Positions 41,654-55,500 of a stretch of 64,000 nt of DNA are shown here, piece by piece. The DNA comes from Squalus acanthias (taxonomy: Eukaryota): positions 167,214,001 through 167,278,000 of the forward strand of contig CM059427.1 in the NCBI GenBank assembly GCA_030390025.1. The letters run 5' to 3'. Each line of letters begins with the position of its first letter. The first letter of the stretch is position 1. The notes under the pieces were generated by a model. The model made no database searches, had not been told where the DNA came from, and worked only from the letters and a program-made list of their open reading frames with translations. A program made the translations under genes and the position numbers.

Positions 41654-42380
41654 TATGCAAAATCACTGGACATTTGATGCAGACTCACAGAGGGGAAAAA
41701 AGCTCCAGTAAAATAGGATTTTATTGCAACATTTTAATGGCGTGTGCGGGTTGCCACTCTTCTGGATTTCAATCACCATTCTGTTCCATTCTCAGAAAAA
41801 CATATTTAATTTCAAGAACTTGAGTGCGGTTTTTTTTTAATATTCAGTTGGATACTGTAGTTCGGGTATCCGTGAACGTTTTTTAAGCTTAAGTTTACTA
41901 TTAATACTGAACAATTGAAAGTGGATTTGTGTATATATAGAAATCAATTCTATTATTGTTATATGTTGCAATACGTTGATAAATATAAAGTTTAAAACAA
42001 TGTTTAAGCAAACAAAAAAATTGCATGTCTATTGCTGTACTTCAGATGAAGGAATGTTATAAATTATCGCCATTCCTAACTCCACAGTAAAGAAAACCTA
42101 CCTCTAGTCTGGGATTATTTCACCCAAAAATGAAAATAACTCGAATTTAAAAAAATAGCATGCTATAAAAAATTGACTGTTTTTACATAGAATTGCTTTT
42201 AACTGGATAGATTTTTTTTAAACCCCAACGGAGAGTATAAATATTATCTATATATGTTTTAAAAGCTGAACTATCTTTGCTATGTCTCCACTTCCGGTCA
42301 ATGTCAAAAACGATGGCCGATTTCTCTTCCTGGTGGCATTTCGGAAGCAGGGTTGTACAGTGTAGATTGCTGTAATAAAA
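41654..42380 (+). other. Pitx1 3' UTR (approximate)
   Basis: AU-rich sequence after the stop. Variant signals (GATAAA/TATAAA) near 41978-41990 and canonical AATAAA at 42374-42379. Confidence 0.45.
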
Positions 42381-43829
42381 TCTGAAAACATTTAAAAAGA
42401 AAATTATCTGGATGAATTGATTTCTCTCCACCCCGATCCCCTCAGAACAAAATCTCTCAGAGCAAAATGTTTTACAATAGGCCGCAAGTTAAGTGCAGTC
42501 CATAATAATAGCGACCCAACTTCTCTTGGCCCTGATTGAGTAGGGCCCGCGGATTTTAGTACCAGTAAGATATCAAGCTGTTTCTATTCTAACCGTGCTG
42601 AACAATGTGCACAGATTGCATTTTTATACATGTGTTCAATTCATAAATTTCACGCCCAGTTGTAACTTTGTACCACATTTTATCAGGAAAAAGCTTTAAA
42701 ATATTTCTTCGGCCGCATGCTTTGGAAAACGATATCAATTTGCAAGTGTGTAAAGATATAGCCGTGACCGAATAACAGCAAATCCAATCACAAAAAAATG
42801 TAACGCTTTCAAAACTCCACTAGTTATTCCTTTGGCCACCGTCAAATGCCCATAAAAAAAAGCTAAAAGAAATAAACACTGAAAGAATGACAACAGGCAT
42901 TTGGTTTTTTTAGTCTAGGGAGCTGACAACAAGACTGGCAGAAATTGGAATTATAGTGAGACTATGATCGGAAAATAATGCACTCGGATGCAATGGAGTT
43001 AACGAAACGCCGCACACAATTCAGTTTTAACAGTGATTTTTTTTAAATGATACGGTTTATGAGTTGTGTTAGTGCAGAGAAATGATTTGTTCCAGCTCAT
43101 ACATCGACGTCAAGTTTTACCTTGTGTAAAGTCTAGCATTTAAACGGTTCACTCGAAGCAATTTATTAGAAAATCGCCCCGCCCACCGCCGCCCCCCGGT
43201 AAAATCTGTCTCCTGTTGGGTTTTGTTAAATAGTCTTGAAGCCGAGAAAATAATGTAATAGAACTTTTCCTCGAAGCACTGTGTTTTTATTAGCGTAATT
43301 ATTATAATACGCAGAGATCGGGGGTTGGTTGGTGTGACGTTTTCTATAGCGTCTGTAAAATTATATTAATAGAATTCAATAGAGAAATATTAACACGAGT
43401 GTTCCTCCTGTGTCGATTCACAAGCTCGATTCACAGCAAAACTAACCAGAGAATTATTAGATACGAAATTACCGATCATATGTAGAGTAATCATTTGTAC
43501 AAGGAAATATACAGGGTAGATATGTACACAGAAGCGTTTAAGTAAAAGCAGTGTTTTTATATTATTTATAAGCTTGGCGTTGACTAGAATGTGCATTAGA
43601 CAGTTTGTGGTGCATTGTCTACACTCAGGCAGGCCAAGATAAGAAATAGCCGGTGCAAAAACTCCTAATCCACAACCCAACTGTAACTAGAAAGTTGCTC
43701 CGTTATTTTCCGCGACTCTTTACAGACCCTCTGTGAATCCATTAACAGTTAACACAGAAAGCAGGTAAAGTAACATCGGGATCATTACCGGTAGGTTCAA
43801 GCCTTAAAGTGAGCAAAGTAAAAAAAAAA

Positions 43830-43998
43830 GGGTGGGGGGAGGGGGGAGGGGAGAGGAGTGACATAAATCCCAAGCGCCCCGCGGCCAGACACCTGATTTT
43901 TTTTTAGAGATTGAATTTCAGTTTGCAGGATTAAAAGGAAAACGTTTAAGAAATTAAGTCTGGGGGGGTTGGGGGGTGGGGGTGGGGGGGGGGGGGGA
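43830..43998 (+). repeat. Two G-run clusters with G-quadruplex potential
   Basis: GGGTGGGGGGAGGGGGGAGGGG and GGGGGGGTTGGGGGGTGGGGGT followed by a long G run. Confidence 0.6.
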
Positions 43999-46900
43999 GA
44001 CTCCAAACCAGCTGTGAAGGATTACTGGCAGTCGGCGCCAGATCGAATTGTTTCTGTTAAAATTGTGTTCGAGCAGTGCTGGCCTTCAGAAGAGGCAAAC
44101 CAAAGGATCTTTATCTCAACTTTCACATCGGGGTGAGTGAACATCCTTATCTTGTCGCCTCCACACACCCCCCCCCCCCCCCATAAATGTACAAATGACG
44201 TCGAAAATTACAGTAAACTGTCTCTTCCTTCTTTTTAACGTCGTAATTTTCCCGTTTGCTTTACGTTCTATTTATTTGTGTGCACTTTTTACAAAAGTTG
44301 TCCTCTAACTCTTCAGTAGACCTAAAGCGGTCCTTCCATCTGTTTCCAACGTGGTTGCATTGCAAAGAGCAGCGACAGGTCCGCGCTTTCAGTTTCAAGT
44401 CACTATCATGGCCTTTTTACCCGAATCTGACTCCCTTGTAAAGTCAGGTTGATGCAGAGATGTATTCAATCTCGCTTACAGAGATACATAAGGATAAATG
44501 TTTTAAAGCGTTAAATTGGTTGCAGTGGCGTCTGCGACAGAGTCGTTGGGAATGACACCGTTCAGTTAGGTTTTGAAGATTATTTTCAACGGGAAAAAAT
44601 GGTTTTCAAAAATCGAATATGCAACGTGTGTTTCTGGCAGTTTAGTATAATTCTTCGAACTGTTCATAACGACAGATTGACCCAAGGACAGAGCAGCCAG
44701 GCTTTCAATGTGCGTTGAGATCGCCTTTGTGTTGACAAGATCGAGTGGTTTCCCCAAGTGCCCTATAAATTATGAATTTATAATAGTATCGTAGTTTGAC
44801 TCCTTTGATTGAGATTGTTATTGTAAAAGTCAGTCATGATATTTGCTCGAAGTTATTGTGTCGTGATTCCAAACAAAGCCTTTTTAAATTTTAAACTTTG
44901 CCCCATTTCAACTGTCGTTTGGAGAGGTAGATTCATTTTACTGCTATTTTTATGTATATGCTTTGAACATAACATCGAGGTAAATGTTTTATAAAGAGAC
45001 TAGTTCCAATGCTAATTAACTGTTTTTCATTGAGTTCGTGATTGTGAATAAATCCTGCCCATTAAATAATATTTACTAAATTATTATTGATTAAATGTGA
45101 CGACCTGCCCCGTGTTATTTTCTTTATTTACAGGCCCTTGTGAAATCAGTGCTATGATTGTATTGATTTTTTTGGCCTAGGAGACGGCAAAACAGGAGAT
45201 CAATTGTGTTCCTTCATTTAGTAAACTGCGCGCGTTGCTATTTTTTCACCTTTTATACTTTTTACAATTTTTTTCCCAAAATCATTATCGCTAAAACTTA
45301 AATGTTGTATTCTATTTTGTGACTCCTTGGTGTTAATTACAGAGGACAAGGAGAGGTTTTTAAAAATTGGTGAACATTATTAGATCTGAGTTGAAGCAGT
45401 GTTGACAACGTCCAGTGTTTATAACCACGGAGTATCTGGACTGTGTATTTAGACTGGGTTAGATGGGAGGCCTTCAGCAAGCCAACTACTGGTAAAACAT
45501 GCTTTTTGGAAGTTACTGGAAATAATTGCAGACAGTTGAAGTGGAGAGGTGTGTCTTCCGCTGGGTTCCAGATTTAAATGTGGACCCGGGTCATGATGGA
45601 CCCGTCAGGCCCAGGTACTTTATTATTAAAGAGGGTGCAAGTTCTGCATTGCGCTGGGGGCGCCCAGAACTGTGGCCAGAAGCACAAAAGACGAAACAAA
45701 ACCTGCGAAAGCACGAGGTGGAGGGCAAGTTAAAGGGTACAAGTACATTTAAAACGATCCAACTCAAAGTGGCCCCTGGGGAATATCTGTTTGTGTTCAA
45801 ATTAAAGTTGTTTATTTCCTTGGGTTTTTTTTGTTGAAAACCTTCAGTTTCTGACTCACCCGTGCTTAATATCCGAAATAAAATTTTGGAAATAGTTTAT
45901 AATCAGCTGGACTTTGTAAAAAGTTTATTTATAGACGCCGAACCCGCAGCTGGGACTTATACTAGATATTTCTAGACCTTGATTATTGCTAGTTAGTTAC
46001 ATTTCTCTTCAAATCTGCTAAATCACAGAAGCGAATTTTTAATTTGCGTTTGCTTAATGGGGTGAACCGAATCACGCAACAATTTGTGATCGAATATTTA
46101 ACCGGATTCATTCCGAAACTGACATATGAAGGGGAGGGGAGAGCGGAGGAACTAATAACCATCAGGGACCTCCCGCCGGCGATACCACGCTGTCTGGGTT
46201 GGAATATATTCTATAGAAACTCAAATGACCATCCCAGAGAGGTCCAATATTTTACAGTCGCCACTAAATTCATATAATCTTTGACATAATAATTTGGCTG
46301 AAAATAGTATTCTGAATTTTTATTTGGTGCATTTGATCTTTGTTGTACTGCAATCACTTTATAAATATGGGCATCGTTATATATATATATATCACTATAT
46401 ATAAATAGATTTGATTCATCGCATAACTTATATTTATTTGTATTTTATCAGGTATGCTGAAATATTTGTTGAAAAAATAATGTTTGCCTTTTCCTCTCCC
46501 GACTCCATCAGGATTAGTTACCGTTACCGGAGGACTTCAATTGCACCAACATGTTTCTAAAGGACGTGATCAAAAAAACAATAATTCACAAGTTGATCAC
46601 CTGATAATATTGATTTTGCAAAGTATATAACACGCCGTGTATTGTGGAGATTAGTTGCACCCTCTGCACTGAACACAAAAAGTATTCTGCGCAGCTGCAC
46701 CTGCAGAACCCGTTCTTATTTATTCCTGTAATTTAATGTATTAAATCTGCCGCAAAACGTTGAAGAACGCCGATATCTTGTGGTCGTCGAGCTTAACCCA
46801 CGACCGACCTGCTGCAACAATTAAACCTGGAAATACTTTGTTATTTAATGCATATTTAGTTAATTAAATATCACCGCGCATTTATTGTTTCTTTTCTAAA

Positions 46901-47383
46901 AATGGTTACAGAGCACGTTGAACACACAAATGCTATAAAAATGAAATCTGTTCTGAACTAACGAATCTATTACAGTTGTTTTAAGCAACTCCGCGTGGTT
47001 CCTATGCCCCAGTACAGGAGCCTACTCTTGTTTTCTATGATTGCAGCATCTTGAATTTACCGACAAAACCCGCTATGTCTCGCTGTTTATGCAGTCATTT
47101 CTGATTGCGGCGGGAGGGAGGGGGAAACCGACTCTGTTCGTTATGTCCTCAATTTTAAACAGTAAGGAGTTGATGGTCAATATTTCATACATATAAAATA
47201 CTGTTTAGTTTCAGCCTAAGACGCCAATTTATGAATCCCAATGGAGTACAGTTCAAGTATTGATATCAAATCCAATAAAAAAGGATTGAAATGTCAAGTT
47301 TTCTGTACACTGGCTTTGCTGTGTGCCGCCGCGATCACAGTATCAAATAATTCCGCCTCCCTCAAAAACTCCAGCATAGCAAT

Positions 47384-47460
47384 GACTTGAATTTATATAG
47401 TGCCCTTAACGTAGCAAAATGTCCCAAGGCGCTTCACAAGAGCGCAATCAGACAAAAATA
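47384..47460 (-). mobile_element. Short L2/SINE 3' end fragment
   Basis: gacttgaatttatatagtgccc...gtcccaaggcgcttcaca. Confidence 0.6.
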
Positions 47461-50400
47461 ACTACAAATAATTACGAACGAAAGGTGGAACTGGAGAAAT
47501 AGAGGGCAAGACTTTCTTTTTTCAAACGAATGTTTCTGCTGAAACCAGGTCGCGTTCGGATGCGGGAAACCTACAGGTGTCTATTTCTGTCGCTGGTGGG
47601 TTTCAGATGAAAATCGAACATTGCTCCATCACACTCCGGAAGTAAACGAATAATGCTCACATTTATCTTTGTGATGGCATTTATCATTGCTATTTGATTG
47701 TGATTATTTGAGAAGTGGAGTATAGCGCGGTAATTCCAAAAATGTAAAAGGAACCAAGGGCTTGCTTGCCGATTAATATTAAAATTGTTATTTATTACCT
47801 TGAAATGTTTAAAATCGTCTGCAAGGATCAGCAATACCAGTAAGTAATCGGGAGGTTGCATAGGTAGCTCCATCATTTATACACGAAAGTTATTGATTTT
47901 TATTTACTGGGACTTTGTACGAATTAATGTATGTATTGTTTAACATCGCTGCAATAACATTTAAAAAGAATGGAATAATAACTGCAGGGACATTAAAGGA
48001 AAATAATTATAGCTGATAAAACTACACAATTAACTGGGACGCAGGAAGAAGGATAGCGTAGCAATAAAGATGAAAGCGAACGATGTTGCAATTGATTGAA
48101 GTAAATCAATTACCGGTGTATCTGGAGCACAAGCTGTAAACACATCAGGACGCAGCATTACTCAATTCTGCAATACTTGCACATATATCGTTTGATACAC
48201 ACATTGAACGTTGACAGAAATTGACAAATAGGTTTTTAATGTTATAGTAAATATAGATATAATTAAACACATATAAAACCAAACCTATTCACACGTAACT
48301 CAATGCACCCCACCACAATACTAACAATCAAAACCTTTCCCAGAATATACAAACATTTTCCATACACTCTTCCCTTCCCAAACAGGCGATCCCCATTCTC
48401 GATCAAATTCTGCTTTAAAATAATTCAGATCCAAGAATGACCTCTTTTTTTTACGTATAAACGTTCCTCACTGTCGTATAATAAACATTGAATTATGGAA
48501 AACGGCGAATAATTTTGTGATGTTGCATTCTAAGTTTACCGTTATACTCGCACTTTTGCGACGCAAAGCAGTTTCCCATAAGCATGGACAGGAGAATGGC
48601 AGTATAACTTGGGAGTCTGCTCCCAGTCTGATTCCCAAGTGCACCAAAGCCAGATGGTGTGAGATCATGTTTAGTAGATAGTCTCACGCGCTCGGGCTTT
48701 GTCCAGAGTGTGGAATAACTTCGGCCACGTTTTTAAAAAATGTCCTTACAGTCGGTTGGATCTTCTGGGAACTTCTTAAATTTAGCACGGATTTTTTTTA
48801 GGCTGCAACTGGTTTGATTTCATAATCTGACCGGAGTAAGATTCCTTCCTCCAGGGAGGCAAAACTGTTTGGCACCCACACTGTGGTCAGTGTACATGCT
48901 ACCTTAACGTGCGACTCGCGTTCTCACGGTGTTAAAAAAAAACAACGGTCCAGGGAATATGTATGCATTCAAATATGAGATTTCTGACTTCAATGGCAAG
49001 TGCAACCAGCAGTATAACTCCGGGTTAGGGGTTGCACATCGCACTAGAGATATCGGCTTGTCAGGAGTATCGGTAGTATAATAACAGTATAAGTTAGACA
49101 AGTTAAATCATTATGTGAATAAAATTCACAGCTCGAATACTACTCTGTATATAAGGGCAAAAGCGGGGCACTAGGTATATTATAAATGTTCGTGTTCCAT
49201 AATCGTTGGATACAGTGTTTGTTTAGATGCTCAGCAATACCCGTATCATAACTGAAATAAAAAAAATACTTTATGCATCTTCAAAGGTTTTGCGCCGTCC
49301 CACAAAGAGACTGTGAGGCTGCAGCACCGCTAATTGCTTGCAAGACTCCGCCATCGCAACAACCATGGCTGCTAAACCTCATGATCACAGGACAAGTGTC
49401 AGGGTGCCACGGTTTTCATCCTGAAGGTGTTTACCGATAGTTTTGGAAGCCTAACGTCCGCGTTCTTCATTTTCCAACGACAAGGAAGGTGGGCGGATGT
49501 ATGCCACGTGCAAAGGCTGAAAGATGGAAGGACTGTCGTATTTTGTAACGAGTGAACTCGTTTTCGTGACTTCCAGGAATGCCAGTTATGGTGAGCCGAC
49601 AGCTGCTGGCATGACAAGGGAGGAGGTGAAAGTAGATCCGATCACAAGGTTATTCAGTTGCTTATTGTAGAATATTAAAAACAAATCTACGGAAGGGGAT
49701 TAAAGAGTGAACAAGTGTTATACTGCAACGCGTAAAATAATATGCTTCAGAGAGAGTAGAATGCTGCAGTTCAATCAACGGCCCCTGCTGATGTGTGTAC
49801 ACTGTGCTCCTGTCATTTATTTTAGGATTCACGTTTGGATTTCTCTCTTCTAATTCCCGAACATTATTCCACTTGCTTCAAATGTGCTGTGTGTGTTTCT
49901 CTTTTATTTTATGAAGTGATTGACTTATTTGGCTTTTACTTCTCTATAACCCGCATAAACACGGTCACTGCACTGCACAGTAATTTATTGAATGTGGAAC
50001 ACAGAGGTGCCATGCGCTCGTTAAATGCGTCTTGCTATCCGATTTTTAATTTTCGCATTGGTTTCCCATTCTTGTTTGTAAGTCTTATGTCTTCATAATT
50101 ATGGCCATCATTTCCATGGTTACACTGACTTTACTGCGTATGTAATGATTCTGCTCCATTCTCTCTTATCCGTCTCTGCCTGCTGTGAGTTGATTCCATA
50201 CCACTGGATGTCTGATGGCCCCATTAATAAAATTGTACAACTTCAGACCCAAGGCAAAAAATGATTTGCTTACAGTCCAAGAAATTCAATAAACAATGGC
50301 CGGATCCGCAAAACAAGGAATGGACGCATACAAGCAGACTGCAGTGCTGAGGGTATGAAGCTTTACCTGGTTCCTTCAACTGAGTGACAGGCCCTGCTGC

Positions 50401-50859
50401 TCACTGTGTGGTCTGCCTCATGTCTGTGCCTCAGGGCAAGGCTTACTCGGGGATGTTAGCAAAGTAAAATGGAAGGTACACAAGGTACACGGAACGCAAA
50501 TTTACTCGTTGAGTAAAGCCCCTGGGGGATAGCTTCGAATTATTTGGATTGATCATTGACCGTAACTAACATACAGGTACCATCTGAAATTGAAAAAGAG
50601 CTGTTTTTCCCATTAAAAATAGATTCCCCCTGATCTTAACACACAACAGCCCCAATTGCACTATTAGTTTATGATCTTATTAATGCAGTCAGGTAATCCA
50701 CCTTTTACTTATAGATCACAGCGCACACTTTACATTATTTTAATGCGACTGTGCCAGATGTTGCAAACGCCTTAACCACAATCTGATGCGAGCAAATTAA
50801 ATGAATACAAACATTCCACAATTCATTTCTATTCCTGAAACTTCCTTCTGCTAGTTTAT

Positions 50860-51100
50860 TTCCCTTACCTCTCTCTCTCTGGTGACTCGTGCTGATTACA
50901 GTTCCATGAATACCAGCAGTCCTTCAGTACCACCCCAACTGGCCATTTCTTATGTGTGAATCGGAAAAGGGAAGATCCGTGGACTCTTCAACCATTTAGT
51001 TAGGAGGCCTTTGCGGCCAAATCCAAAGCTGTTCTCACCCAACATACAAATAAATCCATTTCTAGCAGCCCTTGCTGGATTGAGTGCAGGACTAGGAACC
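50860..51100 (-). mobile_element. Old tRNA-SINE fragment
   Basis: Similar to 25630-25850 and 61690-61900. Confidence 0.45.
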
Positions 51101-51344
51101 CGAAGTAATTGTGATTAGAAATTCTTTATTTACTTCTCATCATGTCGGCGCGAAGAGGTCAGCAAGCAGGTGCGGCCGCATTTAGCCAATTGCTATCATC
51201 TTGTTCCCACTCAGTTGGTTGTGATGACGACATGCAGAATAAGCTGAACACAGTCGAAAAAAAAATGATCAGTTTTATCCCGCGAGTTTCACTTAAGAAA
51301 AACGTTTGCAATAAATAATTAAATAAACGTGTTTGAGTAGAATC

Positions 51345-51667
51345 TGGCGGGGAGTCCAGAACCAGGGGTCACAGTCTAAGGATAAGGGGTAAGCCATTTT
51401 GGACTGAGATGAGGAGGAATTTCTTCACCCAGAGAATGGTGAACCTGTGGAATTCTCTACCACACAAGGCAGTTGAGGCCAATTCATTAAATATATTCAA
51501 GAAGGAGTTAGATATATTTCTTAAGGCTAAAGGGATCAAGGGATATGGGGAGAAAGCAGGGACAGGGTACTGAATTTGGATGATTAGCCATGATCTCATT
51601 AAATGGCGGAACAGGCTCGAGGGGCCGAATGGCCTACTCCTGCTCCTATCTTCTATGTTTCTATGTT
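51345..51667 (+). mobile_element. Young CR1 3' end, near-identical to 2656-2978
   Basis: The antisense ORFs 2724-2954 and 51369-51599 differ at 4 of 76 aa; tail (TTCTATGT)n. Confidence 0.92.
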
Positions 51668-52143
51668 AGTTTACACAGGAATCACTTAACCCTGTTTGTA
51701 TAAGATCAGTAACACCAAAATATTACAGAATTTCATTTACAAATGATTTAATGCAGATCCTTTTCACATCCAATTTTCCCTCTTCTTTCCCACTCCATTG
51801 AAATGTCAGATGCTTCAGTGTAAATGCAAAAAATAACCAACTGTGTTTTGACAGAAACATAGTATTATGAGAGATCAGACTGCACACATAAGCTGTCTAG
51901 CTAATCCAGCTTGACATCAAATGAGAGCACATCCCTTCCCCATACTACTCTCAAAAAGAATTATCTGGGCATTTTATGATGCAGTGGGTTACCACACCAT
52001 CCTTTGACTTATTAAGACTTTAGCTTAAATTCAGACCAGACTGCTGCAATGAAATTCTTCTCTCTCAGCTAGCTAGAATGGTTCTAAATGCTATCAATTT
52101 TGGGTAGTCTGAACCCAGTTCCCAGTGGAAATTACATTGCATT

Positions 52144-52309
52144 GGTGTCAGCCTTGGCTCAGTGCTAGTACACTTTGCCTCTGAGTCAGCAGATAGTAGG
52201 TTCATGCCCTGCTCCAGAGAATTGAGTACATAATCTAGGCTGACACTTTAGTGCAGTACTGAGAGAGTGCTTCACTTTTGGAGGTACCGTCTTTCAGATG
52301 AGACATTAT
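52144..52309 (+). mobile_element. 5' half of a tRNA-derived Deu-type SINE split by the Harbinger
   Basis: tRNA-like head (gtcagccttggctcagtg...ggttca). Reverse complement of the 33790-34195 copy. Confidence 0.75.
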
Positions 52310-54602
52310 GGCCGGAATTTTCTGTACCTGGGCGGGTCGGGTGCGGGTGGTTGCCGTGGCAGGTCGCGACCCCACTGCTCATTCCATTCTGCTCCTGAGA
52401 TCAACTTTCCGTTAATGGGGCCTATTAAGGCAGCCCTGCGCTTTACCCGGCCCCATTAAATGGTGCGGGTCTGATGGCATCATCAATAATGCGTTTTCAG
52501 CCAGGATATTTAAAGGAGCTATGGCCACATTGCATTTGAAGGTTCATCTAGGATTGTGCAGGCACTGCACTGCACCATTGGAGTGTTCCAAACATGACTG
52601 CACAGAGGCAGAGGGCTGCACCCAGGTTCTCAGATGACTCCCTCCATATGCTTGTGGAGGGAGTCAGAGCACGCAGGGAGGTCCTCTTCCCTTCGGATGG
52701 GTGGAAAAGACCTCCCCAGCAGACGAAAGGAGCCTTGCTCCAAATAGCAGAGGAGGTCAACAGCAGGGATGTAGTCAGGAGGACCTGGGTGCAGTACTAG
52801 AAACGCTTAAGGTGAGTGCAAAGCCACACTCAACTTCATCCTGCTGTGCCTCTCATCACATCCCCATCACTCTGCCTTCCCTACCCTACTCCTGCACATC
52901 ATTCCTCACACCAACATACCTTGCACATCCACCCATTCCTCTCTATCTACATTATCACATCCCCATCTGACTAACCACCCCTCACACTCACCCTCATCCT
53001 AATGCAATCATACCAACTAACAACACACAAGGAGGGCATTTGGCATTGGCACGACACTCCCTCATACACCTTCTAAACATGTAACCCATTCATTCCTTAC
53101 ACTCATTCCATCACTCTCACTCAAAATTCTCTTCATTGCCTCATTGCAGGACAAGAGTGCCCACAATAAGAAGGAGAGGGAGAGAACCGGAGGTGGCACT
53201 CCATCATTGGCCACCTTAACTGCAGCAGAGGAGGTCACCCTGGAAGTCTCAGGAGTCACAGAGTAGCTGCAGATGGGAGACGGTGAGAGGGGGGCTTCTC
53301 AGCAACCTGGTGACAGAATTACATCTTATACAGCCACGTGGCATACAGCACTCACTCATATGGGGACTGATGTCAGCAGCCAGTGAATGTTCATCATGTG
53401 CATAATCGTATCGTTACCCATTCATGAAATGACATTTCTAAATCATCTCTTTACTCTCCCACAGGTCCATCAAGAGTCCCCCCCCCCCCCCCTTCCACCA
53501 CTGTCCAGGAGGAAGAGGAAGATGACTCCTCAGAGGAGACTCCAGCCTCTGAAGGTGCACCGTCACCAGACATAAGAACACCCAGCACCAGCGCAGATAC
53601 GCACACCTCGGTGGGTCCAACGCAAGATAGAGTAGTGTTGTCACCTGCTGTCTCACAAGTTAACAAAATTGAGGCTCATGGCATAGGTGGGTCAGTGGCA
53701 GCTTGGATAAGGAATTGGCTTAAGGACAGAAGACAGCGCGTTGTGGTAAATGGCTGTTTTTCAGACTGGAGGATGGTAGACAGTGGTGTTCCCCAGGGGT
53801 CGGTGCTGGGGCCACTGATTTTTTGGATATATATAGGTGACCTGGATATTGCAATACAGAGTAAAATTTCTAAATTTGCCAATGACACCAAACTTGGGTG
53901 TGTGGCAAACAGTGATGATGATACCAATTGACTGCAACAGGAGATAGAAAGGCTAGCAGAATGGGTAGACAAGTGGCAGATGGAATTTAATACAGAGAAG
54001 TGTGAGGTGATGCATTTTGGCAGAAGGAACAGTTTTAAAGAGTGCGCAGGGACAGAGGGACCTGGGAGTTAATGTGCATAGGTCCCTGAAGGTGGCAGGA
54101 CATATTGAGAGAGTGGTTAACAAAGCATATGGGATCTTGAACTTCATAAATAGAGGTATTGAGTACAAAAGTAGAGAAGTTATGCTGAACCTTTATAAAG
54201 CGCTGGTTAGGCCACAACTGGAGTATTGCGTCCAGTTCTGGTCACCACACTTTAGGAAGGATGTGAAGGCCCTTGAGAGGGTGCAGAGGAGATTTACCAG
54301 AATGGTTCCGGGGATGGGGGATCTTAGCTACAAGGACAGGTTGGAGAAGCTGGATTTGTTTTCATTAGAGCAAAGGAAGTTAAGGGGTGATTTGATAGAG
54401 GTGTACAAGATTATGACAGGTTTGGATAGGCTAGACGGCGAAAGGCTGTTCCCACTAGTTGATGGTACAAGGACTAGGGGACACAGATTTAAGGTTTTGG
54501 GCAAGAGATACAGGGGCGATGTGAGGAAAAACTTTTTTACGCAGCGAGTGGTGATGACCTGGAATTCGCTGCCGATGGAAGTGGTGGAAGCGGAGACACT
54601 CA

Positions 54603-55340
54603 GGGCTGGATTTTGATACTGGGGCGGGTTGGGGTCGTGTCATCCACTTTTCGTGTTATCCACCCGACTGCAATTGGATGTGGGAGATTGATGCAATTTT
54701 CACCTAATTGGGCAATGAGTTCCAGCATGTGGGAACCCATGAACCAATTAGTGTTTTCAGTCTGAAAGTTGCCTCTGATGATGTCATCATTGCTGCTGCA
54801 TTGAAGGTCTTCAGAGACTGCCTGGCCTTTGCTGTGAGAGGACCTGCAAAATGAGCAGCAGCAGTCTTAAGTCTGCTCCCAGATATTTTAACACCACCAC
54901 TCCTAGATATGTCTCCTCTCCATCCATCCATATATACATCCATCCACATAGCCAACCATATATGCATCCCCATAGCCATCCATCCATCCATCCAGCCAGC
55001 CAGCCAGCCAGCAATGAAACCTGGCCATCCATATCCAAATGTGCTCCAGCCAGGTTTCACATTCATGGTTCAGAACAGGCGTGCTTCACGTAGAAAAAGG
55101 GTTAAAATCACAAAGGCCTTTCAAAATGGCATTATAGAGGCAATTTAGTGCTTGTTAAGGGCCTTAACAGCCTATCCCGCCTCTTAGAGGCGGGACGGAG
55201 TCGGGACCAGCAGACACGATTCAATGAAAATTGCGTGGAGGCGGGATGGAGGCGGACTTGTGCCTGCCCGCCAGTTTTTGCAATTTTAACCCCCCACACG
55301 CCTCCAAACCTGCCTCCACAGGTCAATGAAAATCCAGCCC
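54603..55340. mobile_element. Harbinger-type MITE (738 bp) inside the CR1
   Basis: Perfect 12-bp TIR GGGCTGGATTTT/AAAATCCAGCCC, flanks TCA/TCT. CR1 sequence is contiguous when it is removed. Internal (CATC/CAGC)n tract. Confidence 0.85.
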
Positions 55341-55500
55341 TCTATGTTTTCAAGGTGAGACTGGATAGGCACTTGGGGGAAATAAACTTGCAGGGCTACG
55401 GGGCTAGAGAGGGGTAATGGGACTGACTGAATTGCTTTACATAGAGCCGGCATGGACTCGATGGGCCAAATGGCCTCCTTCTGTGTCATTATGACTCTAT

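Noticed and set aside
54704-55148. Trp/Met/Gly- and His/Pro-rich ORFs
   Set aside because: Translations of the (CATC/CAGC)n tract inside a MITE.
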